Below, piece by piece: positions 20,162 through 29,891 of a stretch of 64,000 nt of DNA. The stretch lies in contig JBDXGZ010000018.1 in NCBI GenBank assembly GCA_039989855.1, positions 35,415 through 99,414 on the forward strand. Direction: 5' to 3'. The position numbers and the translations under genes were made by a program. This stretch comes from Maricaulaceae bacterium. Lineage in GTDB: Bacteria; Pseudomonadota; Alphaproteobacteria; Caulobacterales; Maricaulaceae. A model generated the notes under the pieces. The model ran no database searches. It was given only the letters and a program-made list of their open reading frames with translations, and had not been told where the DNA came from. Every line of letters begins with the position of its first letter. The stretch's first letter is position 1.

Positions 20162-20428
20162 ATGAATAAGAAAGAATTAATTTCAGCGCTCGCAAGTCAA
20201 TGCGATGCAAGCAACGCTGAAGCGAGTCAATTTGTTGATGCTTTTTGCTCAACAATTGTCGGTGAGCTTAAAGATGGAAACCCAGTTGCTATTCCTGGAT
20301 TTGGCCAATTTATCGCCAAGCACCGCCCATCACGCGAAATGCGCAATCCTGCAACGGGCAAAACAATGATGAGCAAGGCCAAAACATCTTGCCAGTTTAA
20401 GCCGTCAGTCGGCCTCAAAGATCTATAA
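20162..20428 (+). CDS. hup: HU-family nucleoid DNA-binding protein
   Basis: 88 aa. MNKKELI start, GFGQF and RNPATG beta-arm motifs. AAGGAGAG RBS. Confidence 0.9.
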   Translation: MNKKELISALASQCDASNAEASQFVDAFCSTIVGELKDGNPVAIPGFGQFIAKHRPSREMRNPATGKTMMSKAKTSCQFKPSVGLKDL

Positions 20429-20457
20429 AAGACTTACTCACACTTTGTCTTAGAGTT

Positions 20458-20485
20458 AAGCCGCGAGTAAATCGCGGCTTTTTTT
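20458..20485 (+). terminator. Rho-independent terminator of the HU gene
   Basis: AAGCCGCGA-GTAAA-TCGCGGCTT followed by TTTTT, read directly. Confidence 0.8.
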
Positions 20486-20507
20486 GTGAGAACATTAAAA
20501 GAATTTC

Positions 20508-21911
20508 TTAAGCAACAATCCGCGCAGCGCCATCATCTTTGCGGTAAGCTTTAAGCTCCTCGGCCACAAGGAAAGCCAGTTCTAGCGCTTGATCGGCATT
20601 CAATCGCGGATCACAATGGGTATGGTACCGAGAGGATAAATCGGCTTCGCGCACAGCCCGTGCCGTACCCCCAATGCATTCCGTAACGTTCTGTCCCGTC
20701 ATCTCAAAATGTACCCCCCCTGGCCAACAGCCCTCAGAGTGGAGCACTTGCATAAAGCTTTTTACTTCAGTCAAGATGCGGTCAAAGGGGCGGGTTTTAA
20801 ATCCGCTATCTGTCTTCAACGTATTGCCGTGCATCGGATCACATGACCAAACGACATGACGACCCTCGGCCTTAATCGCGCGGGCTAATTGCGGCAAGCC
20901 ATTATGAACATTATCATGACCATATCGCGCAATCAGGGTCAGGCGTCCCGCTTCATTATTAGGGTTCAGCACGTCGATGATTTTCAACAATTCATCTGGC
21001 GACAGACCTTCACCAACTTTCATGGCGAGCGGATTATTAATACCTCGGAAATATTCCACATGAGCATGATCAAGTTGCCGCGTGCGGTTGCCAATCCACA
21101 GCATATGGCCAGAGGTCGAGAACCATTTGTTTGACACATGATCCATGCGCGTCATGGCTTCTTCATAGCCAAGCAGCAGACCTTCATGGCTCGTGTAAAA
21201 TTCTGTCGCCGACATTTGCGGCGTATTATGTGAGGTCACCCCGCAAGCTTCCATAAATTCCATGGCGTCGGAAATTTTATCGCAAAGCTCTTGATAGCGC
21301 TTAGAGGTCTCCGACCCGCCAACAAAACCAAGTGTCCATTTATGGATATTGCGTAAATCCGCCAAGCCACCATTACTATAGGCACGCACCAAATTCAGGG
21401 TTGCCGCAGACTGACCATAGGCTTTCAACAAACGCTGCGGGTCGGGAATACGGCTCTCTTCCGTGAAGTCCATGCCGTTGATATTATCGCCACGGTAACT
21501 CGGTAAGGTGACGCCGTTGATCTCTTCTACGGGCGAAGAGCGCGGTTTCCCAAATTGTCCCGCAATACGGCCAACTTTCACAACGGGTTGTCCTGCGCCG
21601 TAGGTCAATACGACGGCCATTTGCATCATGACGCGGAAGGTCGCTTGAATATTATCGGGATGGAACTCTTTAAAGCTCTCGGCGCAATCACCCCCCTGCA
21701 GGAGGAAGGCTTTGCCCATCGCCACATCGGCGAGCTTGTCTTTTAAGCGAATGGCCTCTCCCGGGTAGACCAACGGAGGGCAGCTTTTCAGATCGGTTTC
21801 AACATCGCGCAAGGCCTGCGGATCTGGATAGTCATCCGGTATATGTTTAGCCGGAAGGCCGCGCCAACTGGAGGGCGTCCACCGTGGACGAGGTGTATAT
21901 TTTGCAGACAT
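20508..21911 (-). CDS. 3-deoxy-7-phosphoheptulonate (DAHP) synthase, class II
   Basis: 467 aa. LLQGGDCAESF and GQFGKPRSS motifs; length typical of plant-like class II enzymes. Confidence 0.9.
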   Translation of the reverse strand: MSAKYTPRPRWTPSSWRGLPAKHIPDDYPDPQALRDVETDLKSCPPLVYPGEAIRLKDKLADVAMGKAFLLQGGDCAESFKEFHPDNIQATFRVMMQMAVVLTYGAGQPVVKVGRIAGQFGKPRSSPVEEINGVTLPSYRGDNINGMDFTEESRIPDPQRLLKAYGQSAATLNLVRAYSNGGLADLRNIHKWTLGFVGGSETSKRYQELCDKISDAMEFMEACGVTSHNTPQMSATEFYTSHEGLLLGYEEAMTRMDHVSNKWFSTSGHMLWIGNRTRQLDHAHVEYFRGINNPLAMKVGEGLSPDELLKIIDVLNPNNEAGRLTLIARYGHDNVHNGLPQLARAIKAEGRHVVWSCDPMHGNTLKTDSGFKTRPFDRILTEVKSFMQVLHSEGCWPGGVHFEMTGQNVTECIGGTARAVREADLSSRYHTHCDPRLNADQALELAFLVAEELKAYRKDDGAARIVA

Positions 21912-22051
21912 GGGGCCGCCTCACTTGATTTCGACCCACTCCTTAGCATAAATTTTGCGCGACCCGCTAGACCAAATCGCCGCAGAGGTAAATGTTTCCA
22001 CCTATAGCGTTAATGGGCGGAAACTATATTGCCTAAAGGTAAGAGCTTGAT

Positions 22052-23416
22052 CTAATCCCGTCGCGAGAGAGTCACAATTTCCTCGGCTAAGGTCGGGTGA
22101 ACCGCGCAAGTAGCGTCAAAGTCAGCTTTTGTCAGCCCCGCTTTTACAGCAATACCGAGCGCTTGGATAAGCTCACCAGAATAGTCGCCAACCAAATGAA
22201 TGCCGATGACTTGTTCTTTTTTGCCCTTGGTAATCACCTTCATGTAAAAACGGTGCTCAGAGCCATTCAGCGCGTTTTTCATCGGGCGGAAATCGGTCTG
22301 GTAAACATAGATATTTTTCGCACCGTGCGCCTCGGTCGCTTGCTCTTCCGATAGGCCAACACTGCCGATAGGTGGCTGCGTGAAGACCGCACTGGCAATA
22401 TCGCTATGGTCATAGGCACTTGGATTATCTTTATAGACCGTCTCAATGAAGGCCACCCCTTCGCGGATAGCGACGGGCGTAAGGTTCACGCGGTTGGTGA
22501 CATCGCCGACGGCGTAAATATTGGCCGTAGAGCTTTGCGAATATTTATCCACTTTAACCGCTCCGACCTTATCTAGCTCGACGCCCGCTTTCTCAAGTCC
22601 AAGACCAACTGTATGGGGACGACGACCTGTGGCCATCATAATAAGATCTGTACCAATTTGCGTACCATCATCAAAGGTGACTTTGTAACCGCCGCCGACT
22701 TTTTTAATTTCCGTAGGCGAGATATTAAATTTACATTCAATGCCGTTGACCGCTTGCAGCTTATCACAGCGCGTACGCACATCCGCATCAAAGCCGTTAA
22801 GCAAGCTATCACCACGGTAAGCCTGCACCGTCTTCACACCGAGCCCTGCGAAGATACCCGCGAATTCGCAAGCGATATAACCGCCGCCAATCACAAGTAC
22901 CCGCTCTGGTAATGTGTCTAAAAGAAATGCCTCATCAGAGGTAATGGCATATTCGCTGCCCTTAAGTCCTGGCATCCACGGACGCCCACCCACGGCGACC
23001 AAGATCGTCTCGGCTGTAATTTCCTTACCAGAGGTCGTGAGGCGTACTGTATGAGCGTCGACAAATTCGGCCCGTTCAGAAAACAAGTCCGCGCCGTTGC
23101 GCTCTAAGATACCTTCATAAATTCCAGACAGACGACTAACCTCATTCTGAATAGCATCGCGAAGCTTTGCCCACTCAAAACGCGGTCTACCGCCCACGTC
23201 CCAACCATAGCCTTCGGCCTGTTTAATGTATTTTCCGTATTCCGCTCCGAAAACGAGATATTTCTTCGGTACGCATCCGCGCACCACGCACGTCCCGCCC
23301 GGACGGCTTTCCTCGGCCACACCGACGCGTTTACCAAGCTGCGCCGCAAGACGCGCTGAGCGCACGCCGCCAGACCCTGCGCCAATAACAAATAAATCAT
23401 AATCATATTGAGCCAT
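22052..23416 (-). CDS. gor: Glutathione-disulfide reductase
   Basis: YDLFVIGAGSGG, redox-active GGTCVVRGCVPKK, C-terminal HPTLAEE. ATG 23416 follows the upstream stop by 1 nt. The ORF extension to 23518 was rejected. Confidence 0.85.
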   Translation of the reverse strand: MAQYDYDLFVIGAGSGGVRSARLAAQLGKRVGVAEESRPGGTCVVRGCVPKKYLVFGAEYGKYIKQAEGYGWDVGGRPRFEWAKLRDAIQNEVSRLSGIYEGILERNGADLFSERAEFVDAHTVRLTTSGKEITAETILVAVGGRPWMPGLKGSEYAITSDEAFLLDTLPERVLVIGGGYIACEFAGIFAGLGVKTVQAYRGDSLLNGFDADVRTRCDKLQAVNGIECKFNISPTEIKKVGGGYKVTFDDGTQIGTDLIMMATGRRPHTVGLGLEKAGVELDKVGAVKVDKYSQSSTANIYAVGDVTNRVNLTPVAIREGVAFIETVYKDNPSAYDHSDIASAVFTQPPIGSVGLSEEQATEAHGAKNIYVYQTDFRPMKNALNGSEHRFYMKVITKGKKEQVIGIHLVGDYSGELIQALGIAVKAGLTKADFDATCAVHPTLAEEIVTLSRRD

Positions 23417-23417
23417 G

Positions 23418-23984
23418 TTAATTGCCACTCTGTTCTTTGAGGAGTTCTGTATAGCGAGGAACAACGTGATCAGTACTCCAAGTCTCCGCAACAGGAAGAG
23501 CCTTTTGCTGAAGATCAACCGATGTTGCCGTAAACTTTTCCATCACGGGTTGGCTGAAGACCTCGATCAGCTGTAATAACTCGTCTGGCGTAAAAAACTC
23601 TTCATAAACCTTAGCCGCATCACGCACATAAATATAAATTTTTTCATCAACCGCTTGTGTAAGCGATGCAAGATTCCCACGCAACGCATCTGCCTGTTTC
23701 TTATTCCCTGTTGCCTCAAATGTCTTAATTTGTCCGTCTAGAATAATAAGCATGGCTGATTTGGTTGCTGTCGGAACATCCAAAAGATATAAAAGCTTTT
23801 CAGCATCTGTATCACCCGGTAAATTCGCAATATCTATAGCTTCGCTTGGCTTAATATTATCCAACTGCTCGTGCAGGCTTTTATTCACCTCTGCATCATT
23901 CGGCGCGCTTGTACTCGCCCCTCCGCAAGCCGCAACTACAGTCAAAGCTGAGAGGAAACATACTGTTTTTGATAACTTATTCAC
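23418..23984 (-). CDS. Lipoprotein with DUF2059-like C-terminal domain
   Basis: Lipobox LTVVAAC. C-terminal FFTPDELLQLIEVFSQPVMEKF resembles DUF2059. Overlaps the rpiA stop by 8 nt. Confidence 0.5.
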   Translation of the reverse strand: MNKLSKTVCFLSALTVVAACGGASTSAPNDAEVNKSLHEQLDNIKPSEAIDIANLPGDTDAEKLLYLLDVPTATKSAMLIILDGQIKTFEATGNKKQADALRGNLASLTQAVDEKIYIYVRDAAKVYEEFFTPDELLQLIEVFSQPVMEKFTATSVDLQQKALPVAETWSTDHVVPRYTELLKEQSGN

Positions 23985-24681
23985 GGGCTAACTCCATAAC
24001 TTTGGCATGGTCTGTTTCACCAACGACAATCACATCGGCGATATCAATGAACAACCCATGTTCCATAACACCCGGAATTTGACTTAATTTCAGCGCCGTA
24101 TCTACGGGCGAGGGTATCACCTCGCATTTACAGTCTAGGATATAATGCCCTCCGTCGGTGATCAACGGCCCTGTACCCTCTTTATTTTGCCGCAAAGTCG
24201 TTTGTGCATTTTTACAACCTGATGATTTTAACGCCTCATAAATTTGCTCTGCCGTGACGGCCATACCAAACGGGTCAACTTCCACAGGCAAAGCAAAGGC
24301 CCCGAGAGTATCAACCATTTTTGTTCCGTCAGCAATCACCACCATTTTATCAGACGCATTGGCTATTATCTTTTCGCGCAGCAAGCACGCCCCGCCGCCC
24401 TTAATGAGATTAAACACGGGATCAACTTCGTCCGCCCCGTCAATAGTCAGGTGGATACGCGTCACGCGGTCAGCCTCGATCAACGGCACACCGTTTTCAC
24501 GTGCGCAAGCCGCCGTTCCCTCTGACGTCGGGATGCCTTGAACCTTCAAGCCCCCCGCAACTTTTTCGCCGAGCATCTCGATAAAAATTTCAGCCGTCGA
24601 ACCAGAGCCGAGGCCAAGGGTCATTCCGTCTTTGACATATTCCAGTGCAGCAGATGCGGCATTTTCTTTGGCTTGGGACAT
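23977..24681 (-). CDS. rpiA: Ribose-5-phosphate isomerase A
   Basis: LGLGSGSTAE, TIDGADEVD and KGGGACLLREK motifs. Confidence 0.9.
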   Translation of the reverse strand: MSQAKENAASAALEYVKDGMTLGLGSGSTAEIFIEMLGEKVAGGLKVQGIPTSEGTAACARENGVPLIEADRVTRIHLTIDGADEVDPVFNLIKGGGACLLREKIIANASDKMVVIADGTKMVDTLGAFALPVEVDPFGMAVTAEQIYEALKSSGCKNAQTTLRQNKEGTGPLITDGGHYILDCKCEVIPSPVDTALKLSQIPGVMEHGLFIDIADVIVVGETDHAKVMELARE

Positions 24682-24717
24682 GTGTCTCTTTCTCTAAAAT
24701 TACATTTGTCTTTAGGT

Positions 24718-26088
24718 TTATTTTTTAGCTTTACGTTTTTTCTGAGTCGCGTGATAGCGCGCCGCCCAGCCGTCTTTATTGACTTGCTCGCTTCGCGCCA
24801 AAGCCAAAGAATCGGCAGGGACGTCCTTGGTGACAACCCCGCCAGAGCCGAGGAAGGCGCCTTTCCCGATAGTCACAGGGGCCACGAGGGAAGAATTTGT
24901 GCCAATAAAGGCCCCGTCTTCTATAGTCGTGATATGTTTGAAGTAACCATCGTAATTACAAGTAATCGTCCCCGCGCCAATATTGACCGCCTCGCCCACT
25001 TGCGCGTCGCCAATATAGGATAGATGATTGATTTTAGAGCCCTTACCGATTTTAGCCTTTTTAGTCTCGACAAAATTGCCAGCTTTGCTGCCTTCGCCCA
25101 TTTCTGTGCCGGGGCGAAGACGTGCGAATGGGCCTATCTGTGCACCCCGTCCGATAGTTGTGCCTGCAAGGTGGCAGAAGGGATGAATAACCGCGTCAGA
25201 GGCGATGCTCACGCCGGGGCCGAAAACACAATTCGCGCCAATATCTGCGTCCGCGTCAATCTGCGTATCATAAGAGAAATAAATGCTCGCAGGGTCACGG
25301 AGCGTCACACCTTTAACCATCATACGGCGACGCATACGGGTTTGAAACGCCAGCTCTGCCTCCGCTAAATCAAGACGGCTATTGACGCCTAGCACATCGT
25401 CGGCATCCGCTTTCACGGCCACAGCTTTCAGCCCGTCACCGCGCAAAATTTCGATAATATCCGTTAGGTAATACTCACCCTTCTTATTATTATTATCCAC
25501 ACGGTCGAGAGCCGAGAACATATGGGCCGCACTCGCCGCCATGACGCCGCTATTACAGAACCCAACCGCAAGTTGTTCAGGCGTGGCCTCTTTGGCTTCG
25601 ACAATCGCGGTGAGTTCATCCCCGTCCATAATCAAGCGACCGTAAGCGGCAGGCTCTTCAGTTTCAAAACCAAGCACACAGACATCACCGCCCTGATCCA
25701 AACCATCAAAGACAGCGTCAAGTGTTGGGTTTTCAATCAGCGGCGTATCCGCATAAAGCACAGCTACATCGCCGTCGAAATCGCCAAGAGCCTCTTTCGC
25801 CGCGAGAACCGCATGGGCCGTCCCAAGCTGAGGCTCTTGCACCGCTATTTGCAGTCCTAATCCTTCGGCGTGGGCGCGAACATCTGCGTTCATTTCGCCG
25901 ACGACGCAAATAATTGGATCGGCCTTAACCGAGCGCGCCAAATCCGTCACCCAATCCATCATCGCGCGTCCGCCAACCTTGTGCAGAACTTTGGAGGTAT
26001 GGGATTTCATCCGCGTACTTTTACCTGCTGCAAGAATAATCGCAGCGCGCGGCGCGTTTTTCCGTTTGGTCTTTTCATTCACGGACAT
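24718..26088 (-). CDS. glmU: Bifunctional UDP-N-acetylglucosamine pyrophosphorylase / glucosamine-1-phosphate N-acetyltransferase
   Basis: AAIILAAGKSTRMKS nucleotidyltransferase motif and C-terminal hexapeptide-repeat beta-helix. ATG 26088 has an AGGGG RBS; the upstream ATG at 26109 has none. Confidence 0.9.
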   Translation of the reverse strand: MSVNEKTKRKNAPRAAIILAAGKSTRMKSHTSKVLHKVGGRAMMDWVTDLARSVKADPIICVVGEMNADVRAHAEGLGLQIAVQEPQLGTAHAVLAAKEALGDFDGDVAVLYADTPLIENPTLDAVFDGLDQGGDVCVLGFETEEPAAYGRLIMDGDELTAIVEAKEATPEQLAVGFCNSGVMAASAAHMFSALDRVDNNNKKGEYYLTDIIEILRGDGLKAVAVKADADDVLGVNSRLDLAEAELAFQTRMRRRMMVKGVTLRDPASIYFSYDTQIDADADIGANCVFGPGVSIASDAVIHPFCHLAGTTIGRGAQIGPFARLRPGTEMGEGSKAGNFVETKKAKIGKGSKINHLSYIGDAQVGEAVNIGAGTITCNYDGYFKHITTIEDGAFIGTNSSLVAPVTIGKGAFLGSGGVVTKDVPADSLALARSEQVNKDGWAARYHATQKKRKAKK

Positions 26089-26203
26089 TTTGGCCCCTAT
26101 TTCATTCATTTTATGGATAAAGCCGCTTATAGACCCATTTTACTTCCCACAGGGCGGCTTTTATCTGATGATAGCGCATATTGCACGATTCGATTGTTGA
26201 TTT

Positions 26204-26920
26204 ATGAACCATTTTACCCCGCGACCCCAGAATAAATTCAGGTATAATTTCAAAGGTCACAGCTTTTGTTTTGATCTGGACGGAACCTTGGTGGATACAG
26301 CCCCCGATCTTGTGCGTGTACTCAATGAAGTGACCGCCCCTGTGGGCGTTCCGCCTGTGAATTATCAAAAGGCGAGAAACCTTGTTGGCTACGGGTCAAT
26401 GGCGCTCATAAAGATAGCCTTTGAGGAGGCGGGGCGAGAGCTGCCAGACCCGCTCGCGAAAGATATGCAGGCGCAGTTTCTTGAGATTTATGCGAACACG
26501 ATTAATCAGTTGAGCCAACCTTTTAGCGGCGTGGTCAAAACCCTTGTTGAGCTTCGCCGCGCAGGGGCGGACCTCTCAGTTTGTACCAATAAACCCGGAT
26601 GGCTCGCGCGGCCCCTGATTGAGAAACTCGGATTAACGCCTTTGTTCACCCGCATTGTCGGGTCAGATGACGTGCCCCATAAAAAGCCCAACGCGGGACA
26701 TGTTTTTGCCGCCGCAGGGCACTCTGACGCCCACCGCATTATCATGGTCGGAGATAGCCGCCCTGACCTTGAAGCCGCAAAGAATGCTCGCGTGCTCTCC
26801 GTCATGGTCGATTACGGCTATTGCCCCGAACCCATACGCGGTATGGGCGGCGAAATTGTCATCTCAAACTTCCGCGACCTGCCCGAAGTTGTGCATCGCC
26901 GCAAGGCGCGTTTACAATGA
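26204..26920 (+). CDS. HAD-superfamily phosphatase, phosphoglycolate phosphatase-like
   Basis: FDLDGTLVDT (motif I), CTNKP (motif II), VGDSRPD (motif IV). Confidence 0.7.
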   Translation: MNHFTPRPQNKFRYNFKGHSFCFDLDGTLVDTAPDLVRVLNEVTAPVGVPPVNYQKARNLVGYGSMALIKIAFEEAGRELPDPLAKDMQAQFLEIYANTINQLSQPFSGVVKTLVELRRAGADLSVCTNKPGWLARPLIEKLGLTPLFTRIVGSDDVPHKKPNAGHVFAAAGHSDAHRIIMVGDSRPDLEAAKNARVLSVMVDYGYCPEPIRGMGGEIVISNFRDLPEVVHRRKARLQ

Positions 26921-27021
26921 TGGGTGGCTTAAAACGCCCAAAGAAGGCCGCTCTCTTAGGTCGGCTAATCACAGAAAATGTCAGGTTAACTCGATCAAAT
27001 ATTTCTTTCTGATATGTCAAG

Positions 27022-27409
27022 CTAACCCAATATTGCTATACGGGCCTGATAAGTTCCTTCAGATATTGATAAGCCAGACTCTTCTCGAAAAGGCGCGCCG
27101 TCGAAACAGTGACTATCAGCAATACCAACATATTCAAGCGGGTAAGCGCGGATACGATTACAGGTCATTCTAGACGAATCCTCGATTGTAATGACGTCAG
27201 GTGCATAGGCTTCCAAACGATCCAATAGTGGGTTGATATTTTCCAATGTGAGATCATTACGATAATTGGATAGGTGGACTGTACCCAACACCATAATTTG
27301 TGTGGGAGGGACGGCAAGAGCAGGATTGACGCCGCTAAAATCTAATGAATCGGTATTGCTGCAAGAGGCTAGTCATCGAAATGGCGATACTTCCAACAAT
27401 AGGTTTCAT
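27022..27409 (-). pseudogene. Remnant of a secreted-protein gene: frameshifted signal peptide plus truncated body
   Basis: ATG 27409 opens MKPIVGSIAISMTSLLQQ and then hits a stop. A shift of frame continues as SNTDSLDFSGVNPALAVPPTQIMVLGTVHL into the 90-aa ORF, which ends only ~100 nt from the neighbouring gene. Confidence 0.4.
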
Positions 27410-27531
27410 ACAGATACCCTTTATGCGACGGTCTTATCGTGTCATGTTATGGCGTTGGGTTTATTGATATCAATAAAAATTATCTAAAAGACATTCATTC
27501 AAAACCCTCGTAACGGAGATTCAAAGTGCGT

Positions 27532-28464
27532 TTAACGTGCATCCTCACAATAAATATTTGCAACATTTGAATCCTTAGAGAATTCTATTCTAACGCATTC
27601 TCCAAGAAAGTCTTTGGTGAGAAGTAATGCGGGTTTGAATTTACTGCTTTTTTTCTGTGTCCCCTTTACAATAATTTCATCGTAATCTTTTGAACCCACC
27701 TCAAGAGCTGATGTGTTGATCTGAATGTCAATAGTTGGAACCTTAATTCCGAAAATGTTTGCAGGGTTTTTGAATGTCGTTTTGGCAACCTGAGCTTGGA
27801 CGCCAAACTCTCTTCTAAAATCATGCACTCTGGTATCATCTAAGGTTATAAGTTTATGATGCCTAAGGGTTTGCGAGAGAACAAGATTCGCGCGCGACGA
27901 CTCGAGATGTGGTTTAAAGCTGACGGTAACTTCTCTTGGTAGTTCATCATGAAAAGTTATCGGAATTCTCCAATCATTTTCAGAAATTGTTTCTAATGGC
28001 TTCTTGATATATTTTTTTCCATTTGTTTCTGGAATGAAAAACGACACCTTATCGTACCCCAGACGAGACGCACTGATGACACCATCAAATGAATCCCAAT
28101 AGTCTCTTTCTATCCAATAGATTTTACGTTTTTTCTCTTTGCCTTGATTTACTTTTATTTTGACTTTGTCGCTCTTTACATCAAATATTTCGCCATCAAC
28201 GTCTGCTTGGATTGAAAAAATACCGGAATTCTCTAATCCCAATTCTTTGGCGATACTCGGGTTAACAAGAAATCTACTTTTCTTTAAACTCGGGTCGACA
28301 AGAAAGTTATAAGACGTTCCGGAAATTTCCACATCTACGCTTGGAGCGCCTTTTGTTAAGTCAAACTCTATGATTGATCTATTTTGGGTGTCATCAGCGG
28401 CGCTCTCTATTGCCATTAATGTTGCCGACAAAGCTAACCCAACTGAGACCGTTTTACGAAGCAT
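27532..28464 (-). CDS. Hypothetical secreted protein (AT-rich gene)
   Basis: 310 aa with a clear signal peptide (GLALSATLMAIESAADD). Lys/Asp-rich and visibly lower G+C than the flanks. No family recognised. Confidence 0.6.
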   Translation of the reverse strand: MLRKTVSVGLALSATLMAIESAADDTQNRSIIEFDLTKGAPSVDVEISGTSYNFLVDPSLKKSRFLVNPSIAKELGLENSGIFSIQADVDGEIFDVKSDKVKIKVNQGKEKKRKIYWIERDYWDSFDGVISASRLGYDKVSFFIPETNGKKYIKKPLETISENDWRIPITFHDELPREVTVSFKPHLESSRANLVLSQTLRHHKLITLDDTRVHDFRREFGVQAQVAKTTFKNPANIFGIKVPTIDIQINTSALEVGSKDYDEIIVKGTQKKSSKFKPALLLTKDFLGECVRIEFSKDSNVANIYCEDAR

Positions 28465-28695
28465 AGAAGCCCCCTGCTTTTTATTAAATGCTTGGAAAAT
28501 AGATTGTTAAAACCTGTACCAGAAGCGTTGCGCCTATAAGCTTAAGCCATCGTTTGCAAATGTATTTCTGGTAACGAATGGCTAAGACTGCCTAATAAGA
28601 GATAATTGAGCGCTTAAAATCACCGAAAGTTTGACCCACACCATCACGAAATTCACAGACGACCAAGCTCCGCACCACACCCTCAAAACATCCAC

Positions 28696-28721
28696 AAAAA
28701 AACGGCCCCATAAGAGCCGTT
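28696..28721 (-). terminator. Rho-independent terminator downstream of the small ORF at 28756-28956
   Basis: On the minus strand, AACGGC-N9-GCCGTT is followed by a run of seven T. Read directly. Confidence 0.5.
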
Positions 28722-28755
28722 AAGTCGAGAGAGAGACTGTAATTAAATGTCGCGT

Positions 28756-28956
28756 TTAGGCGAAATTTTCTGTTGATGCGGTAGGCACACCGTTGATCAT
28801 ATTCGAGCGAACATCCGTTCGTGCCGAGCGCATCGACGCTAGAAATCCGCCTTGGATCAGATTAACCGTCACCGCGTGGCCGCGGTCCGCCCAATAGGCT
28901 TCGATTTGTTGTTTAAGGCGTAACGCGCCTTCACGTGTGCAATAATCACCGCTCAT
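28756..28956 (-). CDS. Small hypothetical protein (66 aa)
   Basis: ATG 28956 is preceded by an AAGGAAA RBS and the gene has its own terminator. The longer 84-aa ORF start lacks an RBS. Confidence 0.45.
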   Translation of the reverse strand: MSGDYCTREGALRLKQQIEAYWADRGHAVTVNLIQGGFLASMRSARTDVRSNMINGVPTASTENFA

Positions 28957-29239
28957 TTTCTTTTCCTTTCTTCGTGCCAACCATGTTGCGTAACATCGTA
29001 TGTTGGCCATCTAAAAACTACAATCCTACATAGGTCGCAAAAGCTGAACGCTAACTGAACGCATTAGTTTCCTTAATAAAACCGCACTAAGAGCATCTAT
29101 TGCCTAAAACCATTATTTTGGTGGAATCATTTTTCTTAGACCTTAAGCGATGGTAATCTAGTTTAAATAACTGTAATTAAACGATTTTTTTACAGACTTC
29201 GCGTTTGGGGCGAAATGTTAAACATGTCCATTATAAGCC

Positions 29240-29280
29240 TTGACCTGCAATCTTGCTATAAATTATAAGTTTTACTTATA
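29240..29280 (+). promoter_or_regulatory. Candidate sigma70 promoter (TTGACC-N18-TATAAG) overlapped by the palindrome TATAAGT-TTT-ACTTATA
   Basis: Hexamers and the 7-bp-arm inverted repeat (29264-29280) were read directly, 30 nt upstream of the XRE regulator ATG. Confidence 0.4.
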
Positions 29281-29309
29281 TTTACGAAGTAAAAGCAGAT
29301 AGGGACAAG

Positions 29310-29888
29310 ATGGCCATTCACGAACGCCTCAAACAAATACGCCTTGAACATAATTTATCTCAGAGTGATTTCGCGCAACTGGCGAGTGTCTCGCAACCGA
29401 CTATCGCTAATTGGGAAAATGGCAGCCATGTGCCGCACCGTGAAAAGCTCGAAACTTTATCTCAAGCGCTTGGTTTTGACCTCTTATGGCTCTTGAGCGG
29501 TGACGGTGACGCGGAGCGCCGCATGGCAAACCCATACCTCATGCAGCCTATTCACCATATCCCAATTTATGATTGGCCCGAAGAAGCCCAAACAATCGAT
29601 GGCCTTAAACCTATTGGATATCTTCCCTTTGCCGCCCGCAAACAACCGCTCTTTGCGTTTAGGCGACCTCAAGTCAAAAGCGGGCGGGATCGGTTTTGGC
29701 TTATTGATACGCCCAAGAATGCGGATAGTGAGCAGCCCCACCTCATCCGTCGTGAGCGCGCCTACCGCATCGTGCCTAATTACGCCGCCGCAAAAGGCGA
29801 TCCTATCATTGGCCCCGTCTTAGCCAGCATCTATCTTTATGCGCCGATTGACCAAGGCTATGAAATGCCAACAGGCATGCCCGCTTAA
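29310..29888 (+). CDS. XRE (Cro/CI)-family HTH regulator with a CI/LexA-sized C-terminal domain
   Basis: N-terminal LKQIRLEHNLSQSDFAQLASVSQPTIANWENG HTH. The C-terminal ~120 aa has no recognisable Ser-Met nucleophile motif. Confidence 0.75.
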   Translation: MAIHERLKQIRLEHNLSQSDFAQLASVSQPTIANWENGSHVPHREKLETLSQALGFDLLWLLSGDGDAERRMANPYLMQPIHHIPIYDWPEEAQTIDGLKPIGYLPFAARKQPLFAFRRPQVKSGRDRFWLIDTPKNADSEQPHLIRRERAYRIVPNYAAAKGDPIIGPVLASIYLYAPIDQGYEMPTGMPA

Positions 29889-29891
29889 ATA

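Noticed and set aside
24538-25023. 161-aa plus-strand ORF spanning the rpiA/glmU junction
   Set aside because: It runs antisense across two confidently called genes and their intergenic region, and its composition is shadow-like.
27532-28464. Retropepsin-like aspartic protease assignment for the 310-aa secreted protein (FLVDPS...IAKELGL resembles the D-T/S-G region)
   Set aside because: The catalytic D-T/S-G triplet is not present and the resemblance rests on a few residues. It is left as hypothetical.
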